Assembly (NCBI GenBank): GCA_044344255.1
Contig: JBIJDH010000004.1
Coordinates: forward strand, 64,001 to 128,000
Source: Myxococcota bacterium
GTDB lineage: Bacteria; Myxococcota_A; UBA796; UBA2385
Reading direction: 5' to 3'
DNA: 64,000 nucleotides
A program made the translations under genes and the position numbers. This document shows positions 56,340 to 64,000 of this stretch, piece after piece (the first letter of the stretch is position 1; the number at the start of each line of letters is the position of its first letter). The notes under the pieces are model-generated. The model searched no databases. It was not told the DNA's origin and was given only the letters and a program-made list of their open reading frames with translations.

Positions 56340-57472
56340 GCGGGCGCCGCGGGTCGCTTCCCCTGCGGCGACGGTTCACCTTCGCGGCGCTGATCACCCT
56401 CGGTCTGCTGTTGAGCGCGGAGCTCCTGCTCCGCCTCGTCTACGGCGCGCCGAACGAGGTCGCGAACGTCTTCAAGGCGATCAGCTACCCCGACGGGAGC
56501 TGGTTCGCCGTCGACGCGACCGGTGTCTCCACGACCTACGTGAACCTCGACCCCATCGCCCCCTTCCCGCGGCGGAGCGAGCGGCCGCGGGTGGCCGTGC
56601 TGGGCGGGAGCACCACACACGGCGGCTCGATCAACCTTCCGCGGAAGCGCGAGTTCCCACAGCTCGTCGAGCGGGCGACCGGCTTCACCACGCTCAACCT
56701 CGCGAGCCCCGGCCTCGACTCCTTCGACTCGGTGGGGATCGCCCAGGAGCTCTTCGAGAGTGAGGTCGATCTGCTCGTGATCTACGACGGGCACAACGAC
56801 TTCGGCAACATGTACTTTCAGGAGCGCTTTGGCACCGCGGGCTCCGGTGTGGAGGCGCGCTTGCGAGCGCTGCTCGACCGCTCCCAGGTCTTCACCCAGC
56901 TCCACCGTGCGCTGGGCGGCCCGGATGGTCGGCCGCGGGTGGTCGGGCCGCGGGTCGGGGCGACGCCCGTCATCACGCCGGCGCGGATGGCGGCGGCGCT
57001 CAAGGCCTTCGAGCTCAACCTCAACCGCCTGTGTGACCTCGCCGAAGCGCACCGCGCGGGCGTGGTGCTGATCACGCCGGCGAGCTCGGTCTTTCGCCGC
57101 CCCTATGACCGCAACCCGGGGCCCGAGGGGGCCTGGGCGGCCTTCGAGCAGGGCGTCTCCCTCCGCGGCCGCGATCCCCTGCAGGCGGGCGCGCTGCTCA
57201 CGGCGGCCCGTGACCGGGACACCATCCCGCTCCGCGCTCCCACCGCCGCTATCGAGGTGGTGCGCCGGGTGGCCGTCGAGCGTGGGGTCACCCTGGTCGA
57301 CGCCGACCGCGATCTCCCCCGAGAGCCCCTCATGCTGGTGGTAGAGGGCGCCCTGATGCCAGACGGGATCCACTTCACCCAGCAAGGCCACGAAGAGATG
57401 GCCAAGCTCCTCGCCCCCGTGGTGAAGGCGGCCCTGGAGGCGCGGGCCCGCCCGGGCGGCCCGCGCCCGTGA
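56336..57472 (+). CDS. Membrane-anchored SGNH/GDSL hydrolase
   Basis: N-terminal TM; LGGSTTHG, YDGHND, DGIHF blocks; GTGA overlap. Confidence 0.8.
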   Translation: MSGRRGSLPLRRRFTFAALITLGLLLSAELLLRLVYGAPNEVANVFKAISYPDGSWFAVDATGVSTTYVNLDPIAPFPRRSERPRVAVLGGSTTHGGSINLPRKREFPQLVERATGFTTLNLASPGLDSFDSVGIAQELFESEVDLLVIYDGHNDFGNMYFQERFGTAGSGVEARLRALLDRSQVFTQLHRALGGPDGRPRVVGPRVGATPVITPARMAAALKAFELNLNRLCDLAEAHRAGVVLITPASSVFRRPYDRNPGPEGAWAAFEQGVSLRGRDPLQAGALLTAARDRDTIPLRAPTAAIEVVRRVAVERGVTLVDADRDLPREPLMLVVEGALMPDGIHFTQQGHEEMAKLLAPVVKAALEARARPGGPRP

Positions 57473-57481
57473 GGGGCGCCG

Positions 57482-58357
57482 TTAGGGCGGGGTGACCTTG
57501 ACCTCCTGGCCGGCCGAGATGTTGAGGGCGGCGTTGCCCGTGGAGATGGTGCCCTGGACGAGGGTGCCCGTGTTGGTGCCCACCACGGTCTGAAACACGC
57601 TCACCGACTTGCCCTTCGCCGAGAACTTGCCGCCGTAGCTCATCGGCAGCGTGAGAGAGACGTTGCCCCCCGCGGCGTTGGCGCTGTTGCTGCCTACGAG
57701 CTTCGACTCGTCGCTGATCTGCGCGTTGACGTCGCCCGAGGCGGCGTTGAGGTTCACGTTGGTGTAGGTGCCGTTGATGACGATGCCGCCGCTCTTGTTG
57801 GAGGCCTTCACCGAGCCCTTGCAGTTCATCACCTGAACGAAGCCGGCGCCGCCGACGACGGTGATGGCCGCCTCTTGGGGCAGGTTCACCACGAGGCTGA
57901 TGTCGGACTCCTTCACGGCGGCGGGCTTCGAGGGGACCCGCGTCTTAACCGAGCCGCCGCTGGCCCCGCCCACCACCGAGATCCCGATGCCCTTGCCCAT
58001 CTGCTCCATCGGCCCCTCGGCGGTGCCGCGGAGGTTGTAGGTGATGCGGGCGCTCATGCCCGGGCGATCCTGGCAGCGCACGCTGATCGAGCCCGCGCTG
58101 TGTGTGATGGTGACGGGCTTACCCTTGGCGTACTCGTTCGCGCTCTGGTCGATCGACCCGTCGTAGTTGAGGGTGGCCGCCGCGGTGGCGTTGCCGGTGC
58201 CGCTGCCGCCGCCGAGGTCGATCGAGCCCATGATGGCGTCGAGGCCCAGCGGATCATCGGAGGAGGGGGGAGGATCGCCCGAGGGCGCGGTTTCGTCGTC
58301 TGCCATCGCCAGGGGTGAGAGGGCGACGAGGCAGAGCAGGAGCAGGGATCGAGCCAT
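57482..58357 (-). CDS. Secreted beta-strand-repeat protein (DUF4097/adhesin-like)
   Basis: Signal peptide from ATG 58357 (GGAGG SD); repeated SG(S/G/D)(I/V) beta turns. Confidence 0.6.
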   Translation of the reverse strand: MARSLLLLCLVALSPLAMADDETAPSGDPPPSSDDPLGLDAIMGSIDLGGGSGTGNATAAATLNYDGSIDQSANEYAKGKPVTITHSAGSISVRCQDRPGMSARITYNLRGTAEGPMEQMGKGIGISVVGGASGGSVKTRVPSKPAAVKESDISLVVNLPQEAAITVVGGAGFVQVMNCKGSVKASNKSGGIVINGTYTNVNLNAASGDVNAQISDESKLVGSNSANAAGGNVSLTLPMSYGGKFSAKGKSVSVFQTVVGTNTGTLVQGTISTGNAALNISAGQEVKVTPP

Positions 58358-58477
58358 GGGACCTCCGGGGGAGCAGGCTACCAGCAATACCGTCAGGAGT
58401 CAGTTATCTGCCGCGCCCCGCGAGAGGCCGCCCCGCTGCCCAGCCGGCGGCCGGTCGGGGCGAAGACAGGAGCACCG

Positions 58478-59479
58478 ATGCGCCAGGGAAACGCTTACTG
58501 CGATCTGCACATCCACGTCGGGGCCTCGGTGGCGCCGCACATCCTCTGGAGCATCGCCCACCAGCAGGGCTTCAAGCTGCCGGTGCGGGATTATTGGGAC
58601 TTCGTCGAGCTCATCACGGTCAACCCGCGAAAGGTGAAGAGCCTCGACGACTACCTCAAGATCCTCCACGAGTGGACAGAGAAGATCCAGTCCAGCCCTG
58701 CTGCGATGGAGCGCGCTGTCTACGAGATCATCGGTAAGGAGTACCGCAGCTCCCAGGTGGAGCAGATCGAGCTCCGGTTCAACCCGATGAAGCGGAACCT
58801 CGGCGGAGAGCGCGACCTGGACCACATCATCCACGCGGCGCTGATCGGCATGGACCGGGCCTGCCTGGAGTACGGCATCAAGGCTGGGCTCATCTTCTGC
58901 CTCGCGCGCGAGTTCTCCCACGAGGTCAACGAGATCATCCTCACCAAGGCGATCAAGTACAAACACCGCGGCGTGGTGGGCATTGACCTCGCTGGGACCG
59001 AGAAGCACGCCGTCGAGCTCAACGAGCAGGTCGACAAGTACGCCGCCATCTTCCGGCGGGCCCGGGAGGCGGGCCTCGGCACCACCATCCACACGGGCGA
59101 GACGCCCAACACCGATGGTCAGGGTGTCATCGCCGCGGTGAAGATGCTCAAGCCCGACCGCATCGGCCACGGCATCCGCGCCGCCTACGACGAAGAGGCG
59201 CTGCGGGTCCTGGCCGACTCGGGAACGGTGCTCGAGATCTGCCCCACCTCGAACCTGCACACGCGCGCGGTGCGGCACCTCGAGGAGTTCAAGTACATCC
59301 TGGGCACCTTCATGGACAAGGGGGTGCGCTTCACCATCAACACAGACGGCACCTACCTCTGCACCACCAACCTCCGCCGCGAATTCAGCCTGCTCTCCGA
59401 GAGCGGCATCCTCAACGCCGAGGAGTCGGAGCGGGCCCGGTCGCTGGCCTTTGAGGCGAGCTTCCTCCCGCAAGGCTGA
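58478..59479 (+). CDS. add: Adenosine deaminase family amidohydrolase
   Basis: DLHIH, GIDLAG, TIHTGE, RIGHG, CPTSN, INTDG; AGGAG SD. Confidence 0.82.
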   Translation: MRQGNAYCDLHIHVGASVAPHILWSIAHQQGFKLPVRDYWDFVELITVNPRKVKSLDDYLKILHEWTEKIQSSPAAMERAVYEIIGKEYRSSQVEQIELRFNPMKRNLGGERDLDHIIHAALIGMDRACLEYGIKAGLIFCLAREFSHEVNEIILTKAIKYKHRGVVGIDLAGTEKHAVELNEQVDKYAAIFRRAREAGLGTTIHTGETPNTDGQGVIAAVKMLKPDRIGHGIRAAYDEEALRVLADSGTVLEICPTSNLHTRAVRHLEEFKYILGTFMDKGVRFTINTDGTYLCTTNLRREFSLLSESGILNAEESERARSLAFEASFLPQG

Positions 59480-60488
59480 GGCGGTCGAGCGCCCAGCCGG
59501 CGTGCTCGGTGACGAGCGGGCTCGGGTGGCGGAGCGCCTCCTCGAGGGCAGGCACGGCGGCGGCGTTGCCGAGGTTCCCGAGCACGACGGCGGCGTTACG
59601 CTTGAGGCCCGCGGCACCGGCGCGGCGGATCGGCGAGCCCTCGAAGCGCGCGAGCAGGCGGTCGTCGTCCTCGCGGAGCACCCAGTCGAGGTCGAGCCAG
59701 GCGTGCCCCGCTCGGGGGTCGAGGTCTTCGAAGTCTGCCTCGGGCGGGTGGTGGTTGTGGGGGCAGACGTCCTGGCAGTCGTCGCAGCCGAAGACCCAGC
59801 GGCCCATCTTGGGGCGCAGCTCGAGCGGGATCGGGCTCCGGTGCTCGATCGTCAGGTAGGAGATGCAGCGGCGGGCGTCGAGGTGCCCGGCCTCTACGAA
59901 GGCCTCGGTGGGGCAGGCGTCGAGGCAGCGGCGGCAGACCCCGCAGTGGCGGTCAGCGGTGGCCAGCGGCGGATCGGGGGGCAGCACCGCGCGGGTGAGC
60001 AGCACCGCGATGAAGAAGCTGGAGCCGCTCCCGGGCAGGATCGCCATGCAGTTCTTGCCGATGAAGCCGATGCCGGCGCGCTCGGCCCAGGCCCGCTCAT
60101 TGAGCGGCCGGGAGTCAATGCTGAAGTAGGCCCCAAGGCTGGCCGCCCGCAGCGCCGCCGCCACCTTGCGGAGCCGCTTCTCGAGGAGGTTGTGGTAGTC
60201 GCGGCCCCAGGCGTAGGCGGCCACGCGGCCCGTGAGGCCGCCGGGGTCTGGCGGGCGGAGCGAGCTCCAGTCGACGGCGAAGACGATGGCGGAGCGCGCG
60301 CCAGCGAGGAGCTGCCCGGGGTCGGCGCGGGGCCCGCGGGACTCCGCCAGCCAGCCCATCTCTCCGTGGTGCCCGGCGGCGACGAAGCGGTCGTAGGCGG
60401 GCATCCCCGGCGGCGGATCCGCCGTGGTGAAGCGCACGCGGTCAAAGCCGTGGCGGGCGCAGAGGGCGCGGATCTCGGCGGGATCCAG
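59412..60488 (-). CDS. queG: Epoxyqueuosine reductase (probable CTG start)
   Basis: YAWGRDYH, GIGFIGKN, CGVCRRCLDACPT, RCISYLTIE, FGCDDCQDVCP. GGAGG, 6 nt, CTG at 60488. Confidence 0.9.
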   Translation of the reverse strand: MDPAEIRALCARHGFDRVRFTTADPPPGMPAYDRFVAAGHHGEMGWLAESRGPRADPGQLLAGARSAIVFAVDWSSLRPPDPGGLTGRVAAYAWGRDYHNLLEKRLRKVAAALRAASLGAYFSIDSRPLNERAWAERAGIGFIGKNCMAILPGSGSSFFIAVLLTRAVLPPDPPLATADRHCGVCRRCLDACPTEAFVEAGHLDARRCISYLTIEHRSPIPLELRPKMGRWVFGCDDCQDVCPHNHHPPEADFEDLDPRAGHAWLDLDWVLREDDDRLLARFEGSPIRRAGAAGLKRNAAVVLGNLGNAAAVPALEEALRHPSPLVTEHAGWALDRLSLAGGSSPQRPATGPAPTPRR

Positions 60489-60567
60489 GGCGGGCCTCCA
60501 GGGTGCAGGGGAGGGGAGGTTATGGTGCCGGACCCCAGCGGGCCACGCGCCCGCTCCTGGAGCCGCC

Positions 60568-61533
60568 ATGTCCGAAACCGAAGCTGCAAGCGACAAGATC
60601 GAGAATGTCATCATCTGCGGATCGGGCCCCGCTGGCCTGACCGCGGCGCTCTACGCCGCCCGCGCCAACCTTGACCCCCTCGTGCTCGAGGGCATGCAGC
60701 CGGGCGGACAGCTCACCATCACCACGGAGGTTGAGAATTACCCAGGCTTCGAACATGGGATTCAGGGCCCGGAGCTGATGGACGTGATGAAGCGCCAGGT
60801 GGCGCGCTTCGGCACGCGCCTCGTCTTCGATGAGGTGGTGAAGGCCGAGCTCGATCAGTGGCCCTTTGTCCTCCACACCGCGGCGGGGGCGACGCTGCGC
60901 ACGAAGGTCGTCATCATCGCCACTGGCGCCTCGGCCAAGTACCTGGGCCTCCCGAACGAGACGCGGCTCCAGGGCTACGGCGTGAGCGCCTGCGCCACCT
61001 GTGACGGCTTCTTCTACCGCAACCAGGAGGTGGTCGTGGTCGGCGGCGGGGACACCGCGGCGGAGGAGGCCAACTACCTCTCGCGTCTGTGCAGCCGCGT
61101 CCATCTCGTCGTCCGGAAGAGCTCGCTCCGCGCCTCGAAGATCATGCAGCAACGCGTGGTGGAGAACCCGAAAATCACCGTCCACTGGCAGCACGAGGTC
61201 ACCGATGTGCTCGGTGACAAGGTCCTCACCGGGGTGCGGGTGCGAGACAACCGCAGCGGCCAGGAGTCTGACTGGACGCACGTGACCGGCCTCTTCCTCG
61301 CGATCGGCCACAAGCCGAACGCCGACGCCTTCACCCCCTGGCTCGATCACGACGAGACGGGCTACCTCATCACCAGGCCCGGCACCCCCGAGACGCGCAT
61401 CCCCGGTGTCTTCGCGGCGGGCGACGTGCAGGACAAGCTCTGGCGTCAGGCGGTGACCGCGGCGGGCTCGGGCTGCATGGCGGCCATCGCCGCGGAGCGC
61501 TGGCTGGAGGAGCAGGCCCACAGCGGGCGCTGA
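60568..61533 (+). CDS. trxB: Thioredoxin-disulfide reductase
   Basis: GSGPAGLTAA, GGQLT.TTEVENYPG, CATCDG, GGGDTAAEEA, FAAGDVQD; GGAG SD. Confidence 0.96.
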   Translation: MSETEAASDKIENVIICGSGPAGLTAALYAARANLDPLVLEGMQPGGQLTITTEVENYPGFEHGIQGPELMDVMKRQVARFGTRLVFDEVVKAELDQWPFVLHTAAGATLRTKVVIIATGASAKYLGLPNETRLQGYGVSACATCDGFFYRNQEVVVVGGGDTAAEEANYLSRLCSRVHLVVRKSSLRASKIMQQRVVENPKITVHWQHEVTDVLGDKVLTGVRVRDNRSGQESDWTHVTGLFLAIGHKPNADAFTPWLDHDETGYLITRPGTPETRIPGVFAAGDVQDKLWRQAVTAAGSGCMAAIAAERWLEEQAHSGR

Positions 61534-61554
61534 GGCGGCCGGGTCGGCGGGCGC

Positions 61555-62409
61555 TCAGCCGGCGCGGAAAGGCTCGCCGCCGATGGAGACGAGCCGCTGA
61601 ACCCGCCGGATGTGGAAGACACGGGGCTCCTGCCGGAGGTGGCAGAAGGCGTCGAAGTAGGGCAGCCGCAGCGCCTCGACGGTGATGGCGCGGCGGTTGA
61701 CGAGGTCGCCTGTGCCCTCTCGTGACGTGTAGTCCATCACCACCGTGGACTTGTCGAGGGCGGCCAGGCCGAGCGCCCGCTCGATCGCCTTCCGCTCGGG
61801 GCCGTCGCGGCTCTCGAGGCCCTCGGCGAGGGAGCGGAGGGTCGGGGCCCCCTCCGGGCCGGAGAGCGACCGCACCATCGCGCGGTAGACGCCGAGGGTG
61901 GCCTCGCAGTCGGCGAGGGCGCGGTGGGCGACGGGCATCGGTACGCTGCAGCGCTCGGCCAGGGAGACGAGGCTGCAGCGGGGCAGGCCGAAGAGGTCGC
62001 GCGCGATCGAGAGCGTGCAGACCGTGGCCCGGAAATTCGGCAGCGAGAGCCCAGCCCGATCGCACTCCGCCATCAAGAAGCCAAGGTCAAAACGTGCGTT
62101 GTGGGCGACGAGCGCCGCGCCGTCCAGCATCTCGCAGAGCTCGGGCCACACCTCGGGGAAGCGCGGCGCGTCGGCCACCATCTCCTCGGTGATGCCGTGG
62201 ATCCCGAGGGCGACCTCGGGGATCCCCCGCTCCGGCCGGACGAGGCGGCTCCAACGACGAGGCTCCCCGAAGCAGCCCCCCTCTAAGCGCAGGACGGCGA
62301 CCTCGACGACACGATCGCCGTCGGCGGCCGAGAGGCCGGTGGTCTCAAAGTCTAGGAAGGCGGTGGGCGCCTCATCGGCGCGCCGGTCGAGCAGCTCCGG
62401 GTCGGACAC
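61555..62409 (-). CDS. DEDDh 3'-5' exonuclease (DnaQ-like) fused to a C-terminal WYL-like domain
   Basis: LDFETTG, AHNARFD, HRALAD; C-terminal MDYTSR...RRAITV...AFCHLRQEPRVFHIRRV. Confidence 0.82.
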   Translation of the reverse strand: MSDPELLDRRADEAPTAFLDFETTGLSAADGDRVVEVAVLRLEGGCFGEPRRWSRLVRPERGIPEVALGIHGITEEMVADAPRFPEVWPELCEMLDGAALVAHNARFDLGFLMAECDRAGLSLPNFRATVCTLSIARDLFGLPRCSLVSLAERCSVPMPVAHRALADCEATLGVYRAMVRSLSGPEGAPTLRSLAEGLESRDGPERKAIERALGLAALDKSTVVMDYTSREGTGDLVNRRAITVEALRLPYFDAFCHLRQEPRVFHIRRVQRLVSIGGEPFRAG

Positions 62410-62415
62410 GGCCGC

Positions 62416-63999
62416 TTAGGGCTCCACGGGGGGCTGAAGCCAGCTCGGGAGGCCCGGCGGGCTGAAGGTGCCGTCGCTGTCCACATCCACCCAGATCGGG
62501 TTCGTGAGCGCGTAGGGGTAGACCGGGAAGGTGCGCGGGATGGGGATGATGGGGTCGAGGAAGGCGTCGAGGCCCACGCCGGAGAGTGCGTCGGTGACGA
62601 TGTCCTGGAGCTGGATCGGCGCCACGTCGACCGCCGTGAAGACCGGGGAGAGGTCATCGTCGCCGAGGGCGATGATCACGTACCAGGAGTCTTTCGAAGG
62701 GGTGACCGTGGTCTCGGTTTGTAGGCGCACGACGTCGTCGCTGCTGAGGTCGGTCCACTCTTGGATGAGGGTGCCGTTCTCGTAGAGCTCGACTCGGTCG
62801 ACCGCCATCCAGGTGGGGGCCTCGACCTCCACCGTGAAGGTCACGCTGCCGCCTTGGACGGTGGTGCCGATGCCGTGCGACTCGTCACCGGCGTAGAAGC
62901 GGAGGAAGGGCCCGTAGGTGGTGAAGACCCTGTGCTCGCGGATGGCGGTGGCGACGTCGTCATCGGCGAGGAGCGCGGGCTCGTCACCGTCGGTCATCAC
63001 GTAGTTACGCGGGCAGCCGGCCTCGATGCTCGTCGTGCCGTGGGTGTCGGAGTTGCCGAGGGCCGTGTAGGTGTAGCCGAGGTTCAGCAACGTGAACCAG
63101 TCGTCGATCTGGCCTTGGTGGCCGTAGCCGAGGCGGTAGGTGCCGGCGCTGAGCTCGTCCTGCTCGGCTTGCGTGCGGGCCAGCATGTCGTAGGTGATGC
63201 CGATGTCGCCGTCGGCGGCGAAGGTGTCGAGCTCGGGCTGCGTGGGGGTGCGGACGATCTCGAAGCGCTTGCCGTTGAGGAGCTCGATGGCGTCGTAGTC
63301 TTCGCTGAAGTTGTCACGGGCGAGCAGGGTGTTGCCCGACGCGGTGACGATCAGACTGTCTTCGAGGGTCATCCCGCCGCTCGTGGAGCTGTTCGGGTCG
63401 AAGCCGTACTGGTCGAAGTAGCCGAGCACGCCGTCGCGGGGATGGCCGATGAAGACGATGGGATCGACGCCCGCCGGATCCCCGAGGTCTCGCAGGCCGT
63501 CGATGATCTCCTGGGGCTTGAGGCCCGTCCAGTCGAGCGAGCCGCCGGACTGCTGGAGGTAGTCCAGGTTCAGGGGGAAGCCGAGGAAGTGGCCGAGCTC
63601 GAGGGTGGTGACCTCAGTGCCGACGACGGTGCCCAGCCAGGGCTCCAGCCCGAGGGCGTGGATGTTGGGCGCGTAGTCGGTGAGCGCGTCGTGGTCGTTG
63701 CTGGAGAGGTACTCGACCCCCTCGGCGGCCATCGTCGTGACGCGCATGTCATTGTTCACGCCGGAGTCAAAGGAGCGGTAGGCGTGGACGTGGAAGTCGG
63801 CGCTCACCCAGCCGGTGGAGTCGACCGAGCGGGCGACCTGGAGGTCGAGCTCGATGTGGCTGGTGGCGGTGACCTTGAAGGTGTCGGTCGTGCCGAGCTC
63901 GTACTCGATGCCGCGGGAGGCGACGGCGTAATACTCGCCAGGGGGGAGGATGATGTCTCCCTCACCGTCGGCGGTGAACTGGAGCGCCGCCGGGGCGCC
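62416..63999 (-). CDS. CehA/McbA-like PHP-family metallohydrolase, 5' end beyond the window
   Basis: Frame open to the window edge; ASRGIEY, GWVSADFHVH..RSFDS, NDHD, GTEVT...GH, GHPRDG, GNSDTH, TNPIWVD. Confidence 0.8.
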   Translation of the reverse strand, partial: GAPAALQFTADGEGDIILPPGEYYAVASRGIEYELGTTDTFKVTATSHIELDLQVARSVDSTGWVSADFHVHAYRSFDSGVNNDMRVTTMAAEGVEYLSSNDHDALTDYAPNIHALGLEPWLGTVVGTEVTTLELGHFLGFPLNLDYLQQSGGSLDWTGLKPQEIIDGLRDLGDPAGVDPIVFIGHPRDGVLGYFDQYGFDPNSSTSGGMTLEDSLIVTASGNTLLARDNFSEDYDAIELLNGKRFEIVRTPTQPELDTFAADGDIGITYDMLARTQAEQDELSAGTYRLGYGHQGQIDDWFTLLNLGYTYTALGNSDTHGTTSIEAGCPRNYVMTDGDEPALLADDDVATAIREHRVFTTYGPFLRFYAGDESHGIGTTVQGGSVTFTVEVEAPTWMAVDRVELYENGTLIQEWTDLSSDDVVRLQTETTVTPSKDSWYVIIALGDDDLSPVFTAVDVAPIQLQDIVTDALSGVGLDAFLDPIIPIPRTFPVYPYALTNPIWVDVDSDGTFSPPGLPSWLQPPVEP

Positions 64000-64000
64000 G

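Overview
High-GC bacterial chromosome segment. Protein families (gspC-N layout, MopE-like Cys/Asp motif lipoprotein, receiver-TPR regulator, CehA/McbA-like hydrolase) suggest a Myxococcota/Deltaproteobacteria-like organism; this is inference only. Contents from left to right: (1) 1-11 kb, a flagellar hook/switch/export cluster: fliK-like (with an 18-bp in-frame tandem repeat), flgD, a TIGR02530-type gene, flgE, fliL, a divergent fliM, fliN, a long fliO, fliP, fliQ, fliR, flhB. motAB and flhA are not in this locus. (2) 11-23 kb, two lipoproteins, a minus-strand run pabB-thiE-mltD-like-moeA-mobA (mobA read through into a degenerate MoaB-like domain) and an atypical response regulator. (3) 23-38 kb, a type II secretion operon gspCDEFGHIJKLMN (no gspO) with a good sigma-54 promoter, divergent from an adenylate cyclase-FHA gene. 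(4) 40-64 kb, mostly housekeeping genes: an NAPRTase homologue with substituted catalytic motifs, an M14 deacylase, dksA-galU-priA, pepP, LOG, ferredoxin, SGNH hydrolase, adenosine deaminase, queG, trxB, a DEDDh-WYL fusion and a partial PHP-like metallohydrolase. I saw no rRNA, tRNA, CRISPR array, transposase/integrase or defence system. No clear-cut new multi-gene system is evident. The best leads are the structured RNA leader before flgE, the divergent flagellar switch with its repeat-containing FliK, the degenerate NAPRTase, and the sigma-54 T2SS/cyclase-FHA divergon. All protein calls come from motif recognition by eye; no database searches were run.
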